Below, piece after piece: positions 60,747 to 64,000 of a stretch of 64,000 nt of DNA (within the stretch, counting starts at the first letter, position 1; each line of letters starts with the position of its first letter). The notes under the pieces are model-generated. The model had not been told where the DNA came from and searched no databases. It was given only the letters and a program-made list of their open reading frames with translations. Location of the stretch: positions 31,310,001-31,374,000 of the forward strand of contig OX597827.1 in assembly GCA_951406725.2 (NCBI GenBank), given 5' to 3'. The stretch comes from Octopus vulgaris (Eukaryota). A program made the position numbers and the translations under genes.

Positions 60747-60783
60747 GCAACATATTTATGTCTGAAGATGTAGATCCCCACTA

Positions 60784-61110
<327 letters not shown>

Positions 61111-61166
61111 TAATAATAATAATAATAATAATAATAAGAAGAAGAATCATAATAATAATCATAATC

Positions 61167-61202
<36 letters not shown>

Positions 61203-61208
61203 TTAATA

Positions 61209-63337
61209 AGCCTGGATAGACTATAAAAAGGCTTTTGATAGCCTACCACATAGCTGGATTAGGAAATGCCTTGAAATGTATAAGATAGCACCAACTCTGC
61301 GAAACTTTTTGACTGTAAGTATGAGATCATGGAGAACCACACTAACTCTGAACAGTGACAGTGAATCCCTAAATGCTGGTGATGTAAAAATTTCGTGTGG
61401 CATTTTCCAGGGTGACTCACTGTCACCACTCCTCTTTTGTTTATCCTTAATACCTCTCTCAAAGCTGCTCAATGACGCGCAGTACGGGTATAAAATGTTT
61501 GATAAAAATATAAATCATCTCGTTTACATGGATGATTTAAAGCTTTTTGCAAAAAATGATCAACAACTCAAGGGCTTACTAGCGATAGTCAAACAATTCA
61601 GTGACGACATCAGAATGCAATTCGGCCTCGATAAATGTGCAAAGGCTACCTTTATCAAAGGAAAAATGACAGAAACATCTAAAGTTAACCTTGACCAACA
61701 GAATGTCATAAAAGAACTAGACCCAGCGGAGAGCTACAAGTACCTAGGGGTAATTGAAGGGAATGGAATAAGGCATTCAGAGATGAAGGAAAGGATCAGG
61801 AGAGAATGCTATCGAAGAGTGAGAGCAATACTCAAGACAGAGCTGAATGCAAGAAACAGGATCGAAGCAATCAATGCATTAGCTATACCAGTCGTGACTT
61901 ACAGTTTCAATATTGTTAACTGGTCAATTACTGAAATATGTCAGCTCGACAGAAAAATAAGGAAACTGTTGACAATGCATAGAATGCACAACCCTAAGGC
62001 AGATACAGAACGACTCTATCTGCCAAGAAAAGAGGGAGGCCGTGGTCTTTTGCAACTGGCAATAACAATGAAGATTGCTACAATTGGCCTAGACACCTAC
62101 CTGAAAAACTCTGAGGACTGGATGTTAAAACTTGTCTCAAAACATGAAAACAAGAAAGCATCATACTCAGTCACAAAACAGGCAAAGGAATATCTAAGTG
62201 AATTCCGAATACAACCAATTTCGGAATTAGAGATAGATATACAAGAAACAAGCACAGAAAAAGCTAGGCGCATGAAAACCCGTGCCAAAACTGCGGCCTT
62301 AGATATTCTGAATAATAAATGGCAAGAAAAACCTCTCTATGGCAAATACCCAAAGAGAGCGAATAATACAGATATCGACAAAGCCCTGACCCATCAATGG
62401 CTAATGGCCTCTGGCTTAAAATCTGAAACAGAGGGGTTTATCATAGCAGCTCAAGATCAATGCCTACCAACAAGAAACTACCAGGCCAACATATTAAAGA
62501 TCAGAAGCAGTCCAACGTGTCGTGTATGCAAGCAACAAAATGAAACCATTGACCATGTGGTCTCCAAGTGCAGTCTTCTAGCGCCTACAGAGTATCTCAA
62601 CAGGCACGATAGAGCTGCACAATATATTCACTGGGTAATCTGTAAAAACCTGGATTTGCCCCATGAAAAAAACTGGTGGGAACACAAACCACCTCCAGTG
62701 CTTGAAAATGACCACATCTCACTCCTCTGGAACTTCACCATTCAAACTGACAGGAAGATAGATGCAAATAGGCCAGACATCATATTGAAAGACTTCAAAC
62801 AAAGAACATGCCTCCTCATTGATATGACTGTCCCAATCGATATAAACGTATCTGTCAAGACCTACCAAAAACTGAGCAAATATAAAGATCTTGAAATAGA
62901 AATCAGCAAAATGTGGAAGCTGAAGACTAAAACAATACCTGTTGTCATAGGTGCCCTGGGAATGATAGCAAAAGGGGCTGATAGCTACCTAACTCAGATA
63001 CCAGGAAACCCAAAAATGGCAGAAGTTCAAAAGATAGTGCTCATGGGAACTGCTCATATCCTACGCAAAATACTCTCTATGTAATCTCAAGGTTTAAAAC
63101 AAACATAATTTTCGGTTTAAAAAAAAAAACAAAAAAAAAACAACAAAAAAAAAAACAACTTTTTTTTTTAGACATTCATTAGTACAACATCCCCACCCCC
63201 CAGATATATGGCACACTAGGCATAACAACAACATGAACTTCCAACCCTGTTGTCTCTTGAGGTCTCTGGGTGAGACTTGGAGCCAACTTGTACAAATATA
63301 AAGCAAAAGTCAAACATAGAATAATAATAATAATAAT
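61209..63337 (+). mobile_element. 5'-truncated R4/Dong-like RLE retrotransposon in (TAA)n, young copy
   Basis: (TAA)n at 61004-61208 and 63320-63337; complete 3' UTR; same family as 19688-22096. Confidence 0.95.
61210..63084 (+). CDS. Reverse transcriptase, CCHC knuckle and restriction-like endonuclease (N-terminally truncated)
   Basis: Frame open from [11 protein letters not shown] to the stop; QGDSLSP, VYMDD, KYLG, CRVCKQQNETIDHVVSKC, RHD, RPDIIL..IDMTVP..KLSKY. Confidence 0.85.
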   Translation, partial: AWIDYKKAFDSLPHSWIRKCLEMYKIAPTLRNFLTVSMRSWRTTLTLNSDSESLNAGDVKISCGIFQGDSLSPLLFCLSLIPLSKLLNDAQYGYKMFDKNINHLVYMDDLKLFAKNDQQLKGLLAIVKQFSDDIRMQFGLDKCAKATFIKGKMTETSKVNLDQQNVIKELDPAESYKYLGVIEGNGIRHSEMKERIRRECYRRVRAILKTELNARNRIEAINALAIPVVTYSFNIVNWSITEICQLDRKIRKLLTMHRMHNPKADTERLYLPRKEGGRGLLQLAITMKIATIGLDTYLKNSEDWMLKLVSKHENKKASYSVTKQAKEYLSEFRIQPISELEIDIQETSTEKARRMKTRAKTAALDILNNKWQEKPLYGKYPKRANNTDIDKALTHQWLMASGLKSETEGFIIAAQDQCLPTRNYQANILKIRSSPTCRVCKQQNETIDHVVSKCSLLAPTEYLNRHDRAAQYIHWVICKNLDLPHEKNWWEHKPPPVLENDHISLLWNFTIQTDRKIDANRPDIILKDFKQRTCLLIDMTVPIDINVSVKTYQKLSKYKDLEIEISKMWKLKTKTIPVVIGALGMIAKGADSYLTQIPGNPKMAEVQKIVLMGTAHILRKILSM

Positions 63338-63517
63338 ACGTTTAAATATTTGTTGTGCAAGATTTATTGGCTAAACTGGCAATATGACCATTCCGAAATA
63401 TAACGATAAAATAATAATAATAATAATAATAATAATCATAATCATAAAAATAATAATAATAATAATAATAATAATCATAATCATAAAAATAATAATAATA
63501 ATAATAATAATATTAAT

Positions 63518-63559
<42 letters not shown>

Positions 63560-63580
63560 CATAATAATAATAATAATAAT

Positions 63581-64000
63581 AGATGCAGTACCAGGCAGTG
63601 GCTCTCATGGCTTCTGATCTTAACTGATTGGAAGTGTTATCATGTACATTGTTTTGTCTTGGTATAAAAGATGGGCTACAGCAAATATTCTGCTCAATAC
63701 CACAGATTTGCTTGTCAGTTGTTTGACTTTAACCAGTTGAGCATGTCCCTTAGTGGCTGACGATATGTGCATCTCTGATCACGAGCAGAAGTAGTGGGGG
63801 AGCATCATAGCCATGTGTTGAGAGGGATTCTTTGGGGTTTGAATAATTCACCTCTGGAAACATGGGTGGTTCTTTCAACATCCTTAAACAACCCTTATTC
63901 AGGGACCTTTTGAGCGGGATGGGCTACTCAACCTGAAGAAAATTCTAACTGGGCCCCACCTGCAAGGTCATGTGCTGTTTATCTTGATATGAGATCACCA
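63581..64000 (+). mobile_element. Unclassified interspersed repeat (family U), runs off the window end
   Basis: GATGCAGTACCAGGCAGTGGCTCTCATGGCTTCTGATC...; follows (TAA)n at 63410-63580. Confidence 0.7.

Overview
This is AT-rich eukaryotic (animal) DNA made almost entirely of repeats, and I find no convincing host gene. The SINE, RTE and microsatellite content looks like an octopus (cephalopod) genome; that assignment is inference from remembered repeat families, not a search result. The window holds: (1) many tRNA-derived SINEs of at least four families; (2) RTE-clade LINE fragments and their 3' tails; (3) two copies of an R4/Dong-like restriction-like-endonuclease (RLE) retrotransposon in (TAA)n, one with an unbroken frame, plus a fragment of a second such family; (4) Helitrons, including one carrying a captured piggyBac fragment and one keeping a 499-aa RepHel N-terminal ORF; (5) a Helentron-type HINE; (6) Tc1/mariner relics, including a full-length Hsmar1-like copy, and MITEs. 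The most notable signal is non-coding: five unrelated families of type I hammerhead ribozyme motifs read directly from the sequence. Four occur once: 6347-6420(-), 28063-28134(+), 50770-50868(+) and 51169-51206(-). The fifth sits inside a repeated element that combines a tRNA-like Pol III head, an internal (TAA)n, a hammerhead, Penelope-style asymmetric inverted ends and 11-13 bp target-site duplications (TSDs). That element is a candidate Penelope-mobilised ribozyme SINE. One copy of it has collected about 5.8 kb of nested R4 and Helitron insertions. Most ORFs in the supplied track are microsatellite artefacts. Repeat boundaries were read by eye and are approximate unless termini or TSDs are quoted.
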